Below are positions 6,429 to 15,310 of a DNA stretch of 18,984 nucleotides, one piece after another. The notes under the pieces are model-generated. The model did no database searches and was not told the origin of the DNA. It worked only from the letters and a program-made list of their open reading frames with translations. Origin of the DNA: a virus; the IMG/VR virus record IMGVR_UViG_3300045988_168459. One strand, given 5' to 3'. The position numbers and the translations under genes were made by a program. Within the stretch, counting starts at the first letter, position 1. Each line of letters begins with the position of its first letter.

Positions 6429-7082
6429 CTAAAAAACAAATAAGAATAAGTTTTCAAGTTCTTTAAATATCATTAAGTCTATGTTAATTAAAACATTTCT
6501 CCATTTTTCTAAAAGTTCTGCACTTGATGTAACACCAATATTACCTTGTGATATTAATTCATACTCTTCTATATTATTTGACTTATTTTTTATTGTATTG
6601 TTTGCATTTGATGTTGAATTATTTGTTGAATTACTATTACTTTTACTTGCTGATGTCATGTATTTATCTAAGTCGTCAATTTTATTCTGTGGTGTATCAT
6701 TAGCAATTGTTAAATCATTACTGGTAGATGTGTTATCACTACTAGAAGTGGCTTGACTATTTCCCTCACTTTCTCCGTTCAACTTTCTTATATAACTTTC
6801 TTTTAAATCTTTATTTAGCATAAAATCTATATTTTGACATCTTATTTCTGTTTCATAAAGTTGTTTATATTTTGGATAAATGTCATTTAGTGTGGAAATT
6901 AAGTGTTGTTTAAAAATATTAATATTATCAAATCCAATTTCATAAAACATAAAGTGCTGAAAGAATTTTTCTTGAAAGTAAGGCTTTAACTCATTATTAT
7001 ATAAGTTATAAGGTTGGTCAAATAAATTGTAAGTATCATCTTTATAAATGTAATAAAGTTGTAATGTATATTTACTACTCAT
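6429..7082 (-). CDS. Lower collar protein (phi29 gp11 position), 217 aa
   Basis: Start moved to the ATG at 7082 (MSSKYT), with RBS AAGGAGG and an ATGAGTAG overlap with the portal stop. The call rests on synteny immediately after the portal gene. There is a central S/N/T-rich low-complexity region. Confidence 0.6.
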   Translation of the reverse strand: MSSKYTLQLYYIYKDDTYNLFDQPYNLYNNELKPYFQEKFFQHFMFYEIGFDNINIFKQHLISTLNDIYPKYKQLYETEIRCQNIDFMLNKDLKESYIRKLNGESEGNSQATSSSDNTSTSNDLTIANDTPQNKIDDLDKYMTSASKSNSNSTNNSTSNANNTIKNKSNNIEEYELISQGNIGVTSSAELLEKWRNVLINIDLMIFKELENLFLFVF

Positions 7083-7938
7083 TATTTTCCTCCTTTTCCT
7101 CATCATCTTGATAATATTTAGTTATCATTTTTTTGTTAGGTAATACTTTTACATTTAACCCAAATTTTTTATTAATTTCTTCACATGCTTGAAGTCTATT
7201 TTTATACATTAACATTGCATTTGTACTAATAAAATCATTATTAGAATTAATTTCATCTGTTAATAATCTTTCTTTTTTCTCAAAATTATTATTTAATGAT
7301 AAAAAAGTTAATATTTCTCTTTCAAGTTCATATTTATATTCGTTTAGTTTATCAGCTACATAAGGCGTTGGCATAGTTAACACTTCTAATGCATTATCCC
7401 CTAGTCCAATTTCCTTATTAGCTAAAATAAAAGGCTCAAAATTTTCTACCTTTTCAAATATTATTTCTAGTGATTTTTTGGTTTTTTCTGTCGCATTAAT
7501 GAACCATGGAAATTTTTGTTGATTTATATTTGCTCTTATACACATTTCAACTTCTAACATTCTTTCAGCATAATTAGCAATATAATCCCTTGTTGCTTTT
7601 GCTAAATCATTATTTCTAATTAAAACACAATCTTTATTATTTATATAATTAATAGTTTTTATATAATTATAACCCGAAGTTATTACCTCTGTACTTTCAC
7701 CATTGATATTCATTTCAGCTCCATAATTGCAAGGTACTGAAATTAATCCCATGTTGTTATCATCATTTACTAGACATAGACCACATTCATACAAAGCATT
7801 TTCAATATATCTTGAGTTCATAGTTTGAGGTAAATTTTCCCATGTAAACATGTTTAAAGCCAACATTTTATAATAATCATAAATTCTAGTAAAATTTATA
7901 TTTTTATAAACTTCTATTGCTTGTTTATTTTTACTCAT
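7075..7938 (-). CDS. Portal / upper collar connector, phi29 gp10-like
   Basis: Motifs shared with remembered gp10: F.WENLP.T.N, PYV.DKLN, EKKER..TDE..SN, GLNVKV. RBS GGAGGTG. Confidence 0.92.
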   Translation of the reverse strand: MSKNKQAIEVYKNINFTRIYDYYKMLALNMFTWENLPQTMNSRYIENALYECGLCLVNDDNNMGLISVPCNYGAEMNINGESTEVITSGYNYIKTINYINNKDCVLIRNNDLAKATRDYIANYAERMLEVEMCIRANINQQKFPWFINATEKTKKSLEIIFEKVENFEPFILANKEIGLGDNALEVLTMPTPYVADKLNEYKYELEREILTFLSLNNNFEKKERLLTDEINSNNDFISTNAMLMYKNRLQACEEINKKFGLNVKVLPNKKMITKYYQDDEEKEENNE

Positions 7939-7942
7939 AATA

Positions 7943-9232
7943 TTACACCTCCGTATTCCCTTGTAATTGACTTACTGAATAATCTCCAACACTTGCACCA
8001 TTATCAACATGCCAAATCGTTACACCTCTATTAAATATGTCTTTTATTTCTTCTAAGTATTCATGTGGTATTTCCTCCCCTACAATATTACAAGTATTTG
8101 TTTTAATAAAGTTAAAATAACGTCTTGAATTTACATTAATTTTTTCCCATTTATTAACCTTATACCCATACTTCACAAAATAATCATATATTCTATGCTT
8201 GTATCTAAAATCTAATCCAAATTCTATAATATCTATCTTTCTATTACTATTTACTAAATTAAATAGCGTGTCGTTACCACTTGTTTTGATTGAATTTGGA
8301 GTATTTAATAAGTCTGTTGTTTTAGCATTTGCCATTGACGATACTTCAAAATTTGATAATTTATTTTGTTCTTTTAATTGACTATTATTTAAATTATTTG
8401 ATAATGTATTAAAATGCTGGTTTATTCCTGCTTGTGCCACTCCCATTGCTCCGTTCACAACTCCACCAAAATTTAGTGAAAGTAAACTTGCAATTGCACC
8501 TAAACCACTACTAATACCCTGCATGTAATTATTTGTTGTATTTTGTCTATAATTTAAATTATTAGTTGCTAATCCTTGCTTTAATGATAAATCATTTTCT
8601 AACATAGCATTAATATTACCTTGGTTAAAGCTTGCTGAACTTGTTGCTAAAAATTGAGAATAAGCACTCGATAAAACTGGTAACATTAGAGGACTATTAT
8701 TGACAATTCCATTTAAATTTCCATTATAATCTCCTTTGTAACCATTAACATATAAATTATACTTACTTTCTGTTGCAATATTTGTTGCTTTTACTCTTAA
8801 TTTTAATGTCTTATTTTCGCATAATTCGGGTTTTATTACAAGAGGAGTATTCATGTAGTCAGTTACCATAAAATAACGAAAAGGAAAAGTGTATAATTTT
8901 GGTTCAAATGTAGGTAATCCATTATCACTATCGGGAAAAGTGTTTAATTCATATAATTGTTTATCAATTGTATCAAATCCCGACATTCTGTAACATTTAG
9001 GTATACCCCCCTTAGGTGAGCCATATCTATCACTATCGAATGAACACTCAACTATTGTACTCATATCATCAACTTCAATAAAAGGGTTGTATGTTAAACT
9101 TTGGATTGTATCAACAAATCCCAAGTAAGTTGCAGTATTAATTTTTTCCCTAGGTATACAATAATAATATAAACCAACTGGAATATTTCCCATTACACTA
9201 CTTTCAATGTCGTTTCCACTTACAATACTCAT
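7943..9232 (-). CDS. Tail knob protein, phi29 gp9-like middle and C-terminal portion (429 aa)
   Basis: Matches remembered gp9 at LYYYCIP (gp9 LCYYIHP), EPKLYTFPFRY (gp9 ESKLMMYPYC), the Gly/Ala-rich hydrophobic loop GISSGLGAIASLLSLNFGGVVNGAMGVAQAG, and the C-terminus F.KYGYK.N......R.YFNFIKT......IF.RG.T.WH. Confidence 0.88.
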   Translation of the reverse strand: MSIVSGNDIESSVMGNIPVGLYYYCIPREKINTATYLGFVDTIQSLTYNPFIEVDDMSTIVECSFDSDRYGSPKGGIPKCYRMSGFDTIDKQLYELNTFPDSDNGLPTFEPKLYTFPFRYFMVTDYMNTPLVIKPELCENKTLKLRVKATNIATESKYNLYVNGYKGDYNGNLNGIVNNSPLMLPVLSSAYSQFLATSSASFNQGNINAMLENDLSLKQGLATNNLNYRQNTTNNYMQGISSGLGAIASLLSLNFGGVVNGAMGVAQAGINQHFNTLSNNLNNSQLKEQNKLSNFEVSSMANAKTTDLLNTPNSIKTSGNDTLFNLVNSNRKIDIIEFGLDFRYKHRIYDYFVKYGYKVNKWEKINVNSRRYFNFIKTNTCNIVGEEIPHEYLEEIKDIFNRGVTIWHVDNGASVGDYSVSQLQGNTEV

Positions 9233-9244
9233 TCATTACACCTC

Positions 9245-10795
9245 CTAATCATTTATTATACTTCTATATCTATAATCGTCATTTGGTGTTCTATCATTTT
9301 CCATTATATTTGTACCAGTTTGTTTAGCTTCTATTACATGAATTGAACCATCACTATTTTTAGAAATAAACATAACTACATGACCATTATCTGTTTTTCC
9401 TCTTGTGAATACTAAGTCCCCCATTTTTAAATTGTCAAATGTTGTTTCTTTACCATCATTTATTTGTGTGTATGTTGTCCTTGAAATTTTTATTCCATTA
9501 TCATTATACGCCCATTGACATAATCCCGAACAATCAGTTCCATTATCTGAACCAAGTGGAGGGTAATTGCCACCCCACACATAAGGTTTACCTAGCAATT
9601 TTCTTGCACTTGCAATTACATTTTCTCTTATTGTAGAATGTGACGGTTCTTGTCTGTTATATGGAGCTGGTATATAACCCATACCGTTATTATCTGTTAT
9701 ATAACCACTACCGTCTAATATTTCAATTTTTTTATAATTATAGTCTGCATTTAAAAATACATTAGCTTCAGCCTTTCTTCTATTTCTTAAACCTTGCTCA
9801 AATTGTGAACCAGCCATAATAACAGTTGTTTTCCAAGTTTCTGCTATACTTTCTTTACTATCACCATTAATATATTTTGTAAATATTGAGCGACTTGTTA
9901 AACTTCCAGTATTATAATAAAAATCAACAAAAGCGTCAAACTCATTTTGTTTCATTTTATTCATGTCGAAGCCATATGAAACAAAAGTATCATGTACATA
10001 TTTTGAATAATTTTTATACAAACTATCACCCAATACCTCTGACGCTTGTTGTTCCGTACATTTAGGAGCAAGTTGATTATAATGCGCACTATCATATTCA
10101 CTTGTTGTACCATACCCAATAGTGAAAGTTCCATCCCCTAAATTGTAAGGAGTTGAAGAAAATCCTTCACTTTGTTTTATGAAGTAAATACCTAACATAC
10201 TCATGTAACCATCTTTGTATAATGTAGATTGATTACCAGTTGAACCACCACTAGAACCACCATTTATCATTCCAAGTCGTGTAGAACTTGTCAAAAAATA
10301 ACACCCTTTATCGCTATAGTCATAAGCATTGTAAATTTCTTGTACTTTTAACTCACCAACTTCCAAATCTTCGGGTTCTAATAAATTATCCAAGTCAATA
10401 TTGCCGTTACTGTCAAATCTATTACAATGTTGTCTTTCTATATAACTTTCGATTTTATCAAATTTAATGTTAAAATAATAAGTTTGAAATACATCTAACT
10501 TTAATGTAAGTTTTGTACTGTTTTCTGTTACATACTCTTTATTTACAATGAAAAAATATTCCCATCTTGTTCCATTGTTCCATAGACAATAATTATAATT
10601 CATACAATCATCAATATATTTATCAATTGTTAAACTTCTTTCCTTTCTTAAATAAGTACATTCTGTCATTACATATTTTGCTTTATTTAAAAACCAATTA
10701 ATTTGATTATTGATATTTGTAAAATTTACAGTATGATTATAATTAATATCAAGTTCGGGAATACTACAAAAGAATACTTTGCTTAATCGTGGCAT
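9245..10795 (-). CDS. Tail-associated peptidoglycan hydrolase, 516 aa: gp9-like N-terminal domain, phage lysozyme (GH24-like) domain and NlpC/P60 endopeptidase domain
   Basis: Residues 1-125 resemble the gp9 N-terminus (NWF, W.YFFIV, DVFQTYYFNIKF...IERQH). Residues 205-345 carry the lysozyme signature SEGFSSTPYNLGDGTFTIGYG and GLRNRRKAE. Residues 395-480 carry NlpC/P60 motifs GKPYVWGG, DCSGL (Cys) and GHVVMF (His). Confidence 0.9.
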   Translation of the reverse strand: MPRLSKVFFCSIPELDINYNHTVNFTNINNQINWFLNKAKYVMTECTYLRKERSLTIDKYIDDCMNYNYCLWNNGTRWEYFFIVNKEYVTENSTKLTLKLDVFQTYYFNIKFDKIESYIERQHCNRFDSNGNIDLDNLLEPEDLEVGELKVQEIYNAYDYSDKGCYFLTSSTRLGMINGGSSGGSTGNQSTLYKDGYMSMLGIYFIKQSEGFSSTPYNLGDGTFTIGYGTTSEYDSAHYNQLAPKCTEQQASEVLGDSLYKNYSKYVHDTFVSYGFDMNKMKQNEFDAFVDFYYNTGSLTSRSIFTKYINGDSKESIAETWKTTVIMAGSQFEQGLRNRRKAEANVFLNADYNYKKIEILDGSGYITDNNGMGYIPAPYNRQEPSHSTIRENVIASARKLLGKPYVWGGNYPPLGSDNGTDCSGLCQWAYNDNGIKISRTTYTQINDGKETTFDNLKMGDLVFTRGKTDNGHVVMFISKNSDGSIHVIEAKQTGTNIMENDRTPNDDYRYRSIIND

Positions 10796-10816
10796 TTTAT
10801 ACCTCCTAATATTAGA

Positions 10817-10836
10817 AAAGGGGAAAATTCCCCTTT
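10817..10836 (-). terminator. Strong hairpin just after the capsid gene (probable leaky terminator)
   Basis: AAAGGGGA (10817-10824) pairs with TCCCCTTT (10829-10836) around a 4-nt loop, followed on the minus strand by TCTAATATT. It sits in the 44-nt gap before the next RBS. Confidence 0.5.
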
Positions 10837-10839
10837 ATA

Positions 10840-11886
10840 TTATTCTTTTACTACAAATTTTACACAATTTACAAAGTTACAACTTGCAACAATTCCCCAT
10901 CTATTGAACCAAACATTTGTGTAAAGTGCTTGTGGGTTTCTAAATGTTTCAGAACTGTTTAAAGTTTCCCATATTTGTATTGCTTCTTTATCACAAATTA
11001 TACATTGAGTTTCTGTATCTTCGCCATAAGTGTAAGTAGAAGTTGACTTTGTGCATTTTTCGAAATAATCAATTGGTAATACATGAAGATTAATTTCGTC
11101 ATAACTTACATTAAATGCTTGTGCTAATAATTGAACGTCCATGACTGCAAGTAAGTCAGTTGGAACAAAGCAAACTAACTCATTAGGTTTACTGTATGTC
11201 ATTACACCTTGACCGTTATAATTATTAGATAAAAATTTCATCTTTAATATATAAGATTTTATTGCAGTAACTAAGCTTTCAGCCTTAGCTTTTAATGTTA
11301 ATTTATCATATTCAGTTTTTCCAATTTTTACTTCAGCACCTTTTATGTGAGCAAGTGCATGTTTTACTAATAAAAAATCATCATATTCAGCAGAATTTAA
11401 AGGTGCTTGTAAAATTCTACTTGTTAATTCACTTAATCCGTTTTCATTTCTAAACGCTCCCTTTAATTCCTCGTCAGAAATAGTTGCTTGATATTGCATT
11501 TGTTTATTTTCACTATAATATTCAACCGTTACCTTTGGTGCTTGCCTACTTAATAAATCACTTGCTAAATTTGTTGCAGTTGTTTGTCTTGTTCTATCTT
11601 TACCTTTTACAATATCAACAAAAATACTTTCAATTGATTTTCCGTAAGGTAGTATTCCTTTTTTAAATAGCTTGTACGGATTTTCATAAGCCTTATTAAA
11701 AAATCTTTGTTTAGCAACTTGGTTTGTAAGTACAGTTACAAACTCGTTTTTTACCGTAGGATAAGTTGAAATAATATCAGCAATTTTGTGCATATTTGCT
11801 TTTGTAACATCACCTATTCTATCATTAAATTCTTGACTTGTTGCACTTGCAAGTGCTTTTGTAAAAGTAACATTATCTAATGCCAT
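10840..11886 (-). CDS. Major capsid protein, phi29 gp8-like (HK97 fold), 348 aa
   Basis: Shared blocks with remembered gp8: N.F.T.L...., NP.K.FKKG..P.G..IE.I..DI.K.K, LA.AFN, ET.RNP..LY. RBS AGGGGGA. It follows the scaffold gene. Confidence 0.9.
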   Translation of the reverse strand: MALDNVTFTKALASATSQEFNDRIGDVTKANMHKIADIISTYPTVKNEFVTVLTNQVAKQRFFNKAYENPYKLFKKGILPYGKSIESIFVDIVKGKDRTRQTTATNLASDLLSRQAPKVTVEYYSENKQMQYQATISDEELKGAFRNENGLSELTSRILQAPLNSAEYDDFLLVKHALAHIKGAEVKIGKTEYDKLTLKAKAESLVTAIKSYILKMKFLSNNYNGQGVMTYSKPNELVCFVPTDLLAVMDVQLLAQAFNVSYDEINLHVLPIDYFEKCTKSTSTYTYGEDTETQCIICDKEAIQIWETLNSSETFRNPQALYTNVWFNRWGIVASCNFVNCVKFVVKE

Positions 11887-11898
11887 AATTTATTCCCC

Positions 11899-12180
11899 CT
11901 ATTTATCAAAATTCTTTAAAATATAATCTATGTCAATTTCATTATCAACATCTTTTTTAGAAGATGTATTATTATTCGAATTATTTGAAACTGGTATTTG
12001 CTCGAACAATTCATAATTTTTTATTTTTAATCTATTTATTTCTTCATTTAAAGAAGTTATATTGTTTTCTTTTTCTGTCATTGCTACTTTTTGATTTTCT
12101 AACAAATCATTTAAATTTTTATTTTTATCTTCAATTTTCTTTATATATTCTTTTGCCTCTTCAATTGTTTTAAATTCCAT
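11899..12180 (-). CDS. Putative scaffolding protein, 93 aa, coiled coil
   Basis: Small, acidic and heptad-rich, directly upstream of the capsid gene as phi29 gene 7 is. RBS AAGGGGG. Confidence 0.6.
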   Translation of the reverse strand: MEFKTIEEAKEYIKKIEDKNKNLNDLLENQKVAMTEKENNITSLNEEINRLKIKNYELFEQIPVSNNSNNNTSSKKDVDNEIDIDYILKNFDK

Positions 12181-12214
12181 AATTTAACCCCCTTATTCAT
12201 TATACTTTTATATT

Positions 12215-12369
12215 CTTATTAAAACCCTCATTTAAGAGGATTTTATAAAAATACAAAACTGCAATTATTTAAATGTATATAATAGTGTTGCAAATCACAA
12301 TATTACAGTTAAAGGCTCTTCACCTTTGCACTTAACTATAAGTATTATATTTAAACTTTTAAATAACTA
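12215..12369 (-). ncRNA. Candidate non-coding RNA or long structured leader of about 150 nt (pRNA candidate)
   Basis: The region is bracketed by the promoter at 12376-12404 and by a hairpin at 12221-12244 (AAAAUCCUC-uuaaau-GAGGGUUUU, which has a G-U pair only in the minus-strand RNA) followed by U-rich sequence. There is no RBS or ORF. A locally GC-richer core contains several short complementary segments. Confidence 0.3.
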
Positions 12370-12375
12370 CACTTT

Positions 12376-12404
12376 ATTGTATGTAAAAATAAAATAAAGG
12401 TTAA
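12376..12404 (-). promoter_or_regulatory. Promoter TTAACC-17-TACAAT (minus strand) upstream of the late block
   Basis: The reverse complement of 12399-12404 is TTAACC, then a 17-nt spacer, and the reverse complement of 12376-12381 is TACAAT. The -35 lies in the 3' arm of the upstream terminator hairpin. Confidence 0.5.
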
Positions 12405-12418
12405 CAAAAGTTAACCTT
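12397..12418. terminator. Intrinsic terminator after the sigma-like gene
   Basis: AAGGTTAAC-aaaa-GTTAACCTT perfect 9-bp stem with T-rich sequence on both sides, 19 nt downstream of the stop at 12437. Confidence 0.7.
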
Positions 12419-12436
12419 TTTTGTATTATTTTTGTA

Positions 12437-13126
12437 TTAATTGTATAATAATTCTTTTATTTCCTCATCTTTTTTGTTTTTAACAATTTGTTTTCTTAAA
12501 CATTCTACCCTTAAATAAACTGTATGTCTTGTAAATTCTTTCCCTTGTTTTGTTTTATAACCATGTTTGGTTAAATAGTTGGCTATTTGACTAAAACTAA
12601 ACCCATCTGATAACATATATAAAATTATTTTATTAATTTCATAATAATAAGAATTTCCACAATCTAAGATTTCATTTATTGCAGTTTCTAAAGTTTCAAA
12701 ATGGTATTCATCTTCTTTCCCAGTATACCTATCAAGTAAATTTTCTCTTTCACTATCACCATTATTTTCTAAAATGTAATCTGTAGAATAATCAGCTCCA
12801 AATTCATTAAATTTTGATTTTCTATCGTTATCCCTTAACTTACTACCTAACTCTCTAAAAATTACTGTTGCTACAAAAGTGTTAGCACTTGATATTTCAT
12901 AATTTAATTGACACCAAACCTTGCTTAATTTTACACAAACAATTGATACACAATCTTCATAGTCTAACTTTAATCTATTGAAACCACTTTTATATTTATC
13001 ATATACCACTTTTACCCTTGCATAAATATATTTCATATTTTCCTCGCAAAACTCGTTAAAGTCTTTATAAATTTTTCTTTCCTTTAATTCTCCAAACTTA
13101 TTTTCTCTTACTATTACTTTACTCAT
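12437..13126 (-). CDS. Sigma-70-family (ECF / group-5-like) RNA polymerase sigma factor, 229 aa
   Basis: Start moved to the ATG at 13126 (RBS AAGGGGA, 9-nt spacing). The region-2-like block is DYEDCVSIVCVKLSK...TFVATVIFRELGSKLRDNDRK. The region-4-like HTH is ILYMLSDGFSFSQIANYL...TVYLRVECLRKQI. Confidence 0.6.
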   Translation of the reverse strand: MSKVIVRENKFGELKERKIYKDFNEFCEENMKYIYARVKVVYDKYKSGFNRLKLDYEDCVSIVCVKLSKVWCQLNYEISSANTFVATVIFRELGSKLRDNDRKSKFNEFGADYSTDYILENNGDSERENLLDRYTGKEDEYHFETLETAINEILDCGNSYYYEINKIILYMLSDGFSFSQIANYLTKHGYKTKQGKEFTRHTVYLRVECLRKQIVKNKKDEEIKELLYN

Positions 13127-13150
13127 TTTCACCAATCCCCTTTTATTTTA

Positions 13151-15310
13151 TTATCTTTCAAAATAATTATTTAAACTAATCATGTAAGGTTGTTCTTGTA
13201 TTATTGTACCACCTTTTATAATTTTACTCTTTTTAGATTTTATTAACCCTTTAATCTTTTGTGTACATGCTTTATCTTTATAATAATATATACTACCTTC
13301 TTTTGTAAAGTATTCCATTTTTGCTAATTCTTTTGCAGAATATTCGCAAACATCAAATACTTTTATATCATCTAACTTTTTCATTATTTCATCAGTTAAC
13401 CCACAACATTTAATTTCCCATTTATGAGTTTTAGTATTTTTTTCTGCATATCTTTTAGAACCGATATATTTAAAATCTTCAAAACACATTTCATTATCCC
13501 ATAATCCATATATTTTCTTTCCAATTTCAACACCTTTTACTTGTTCAATTGTTCCAAACAAATGTAAACTGTCAGTATCACAATACATAAATCTTTCATA
13601 GTTGTTATTAATTGCTTGAACTAAATATTGTTTCGCCCAGCTTGTAATGAAAGTTGCCATTGGTAAATATATTGTATCACTTACAACATTTTCATGTGTG
13701 TGTTCAATTGTGAATACATCATCTACATTTTGAAAGTTTGTTAATTCTGTAACTCCTGCCATACCAAACTTACCATACAATCCATTTTGCATTAGCTTTG
13801 CAAATGCCCTTAAAGCACCCTCGTTTTCTTGTTTTATTTTGCTCCAAAAATCAATGTAATTTTTAAACAAATTATAACTCCCTCTAAAAGCCATATGACC
13901 ACCAAGTTTATAAGCCTTTACATCATAACATTCAAAAAGCAAATCCAATAAAACGTTTGTTAATCTTAAATGTAATGTTACTTTTTTCCCATCTTTAATG
14001 TTATTTTTTAAGCACTCCCTTCCACTAAAATATTTGTTGTCTTTTACTTGTAAGAATGACATTTTATTCTTTTTAACTTTCAAATCAAAAATCGTTATAT
14101 CTTGAATGTAAAGAGGGTAAACTTCTTTATATTTTTCATTCATATTTTTATATGGAGTATCCCTATATTGTGGGTCGCCATAAGGTAATAATCGTGAAGT
14201 CATTACAAAAGGATATAATGAATTAACATCTAAAACAATACCATGTTTATTTTTTCTTTTACTAAACTTTTTCACATTATTATATTCAACAGTAGAAAGA
14301 CCACCATAGTAACTATGCCTTTGCCATGCGTCTTGGAAATATGATTGCTTTGGAAATAAAGCTTCAAAAATTATATTACTTTTTATTTCTGTTACATTAC
14401 CTTTATTTTTTAGTTTATGAAAATTTGTTTTCATTAGTTTAGTATCAACCATTTCATATAAATTTTCATTTTCAAAACCATTTTGTTTGTTAATATAATC
14501 TTCTAAAAGTGTTAATTTATAATTTGCTAATGCTTGACCCGAATTTGTAAGTTTATCATATTTAATCTTTTGACCGTTTAAATCAATACCATTTATTTTT
14601 AATAATTTCACTAAATAACTTAATCCATAAACGTCCTCATAAATATACGTCATTTCTTGCTCTGTTAAATCATCATCAAGAGTTCTTTCTTTATCATAGT
14701 CTAAACCATCTTTACCCAAATTCAATCCTAGAAAATCAGAACAACATTTTTTTAATGAAAACGGAGCAAGTTTAAAGGTATCATAAAAATTTATTAATCC
14801 AAATTCTGTTGCTATTGTTAATTTATAAAATACACCATTTTTCATAAGTAATCGATATTCAAAAGGTTTTAATTCTTTATTTTCTTTATCAGAACTTTGA
14901 AAGTTTAAAACCTCATAAATTTTTTCAAATTCATTCCATTGTTTTTTCAAAAAATAATCCTCTTGTCTTTGTTTATTTCCATATCTCTTTACAAAGTCTA
15001 GTAAAAAAGGTTTTACATCATATAAGCAGTTATGAGCAAATAAATTAATTTGTTTACAATTTAGATTTATTAACATATCATTAAATTTACTAACATTATT
15101 GTACCAGTAACATAAATCACTATCATTATTACAACTCATAAGAGCAATTGAATAAGTTAACATCTCACTTTTATTATTTATTGCACACGCTTCTATATCA
15201 AATGCAAAATTCAATACGTCTCTTTCACTTGTTGCTTTTATTTTATCTTTAGAAATATAATTCATAATCCCATTATTCTTTATATCTTTTAACCTTTTAT
15301 TCAAATCCAT
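13151..15310 (-). CDS. Protein-primed family-B DNA polymerase, 719 aa
   Basis: All signature motifs are present: ExoI FDIEA, ExoII HNCLYD, ExoIII YIYED, motif A DVNSLYP, motif B KLMQNGLYGKFG, motif C YCDTDS, and KxY (SKRY). Confidence 0.97.
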   Translation of the reverse strand: MDLNKRLKDIKNNGIMNYISKDKIKATSERDVLNFAFDIEACAINNKSEMLTYSIALMSCNNDSDLCYWYNNVSKFNDMLINLNCKQINLFAHNCLYDVKPFLLDFVKRYGNKQRQEDYFLKKQWNEFEKIYEVLNFQSSDKENKELKPFEYRLLMKNGVFYKLTIATEFGLINFYDTFKLAPFSLKKCCSDFLGLNLGKDGLDYDKERTLDDDLTEQEMTYIYEDVYGLSYLVKLLKINGIDLNGQKIKYDKLTNSGQALANYKLTLLEDYINKQNGFENENLYEMVDTKLMKTNFHKLKNKGNVTEIKSNIIFEALFPKQSYFQDAWQRHSYYGGLSTVEYNNVKKFSKRKNKHGIVLDVNSLYPFVMTSRLLPYGDPQYRDTPYKNMNEKYKEVYPLYIQDITIFDLKVKKNKMSFLQVKDNKYFSGRECLKNNIKDGKKVTLHLRLTNVLLDLLFECYDVKAYKLGGHMAFRGSYNLFKNYIDFWSKIKQENEGALRAFAKLMQNGLYGKFGMAGVTELTNFQNVDDVFTIEHTHENVVSDTIYLPMATFITSWAKQYLVQAINNNYERFMYCDTDSLHLFGTIEQVKGVEIGKKIYGLWDNEMCFEDFKYIGSKRYAEKNTKTHKWEIKCCGLTDEIMKKLDDIKVFDVCEYSAKELAKMEYFTKEGSIYYYKDKACTQKIKGLIKSKKSKIIKGGTIIQEQPYMISLNNYFER

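Noticed and set aside
6419-6457. Extended N-termini offered by the ORF track: 6457 for the appendage, 7106 for the lower collar, 835 for the 65-aa ORF, and the TTG at 13135 for the sigma-like gene
   Set aside because: The upstream extensions lack ribosome-binding sites and overlap the preceding gene. In each case an internal ATG has a well-spaced GGAGG-type site, so the shorter coordinates were used.
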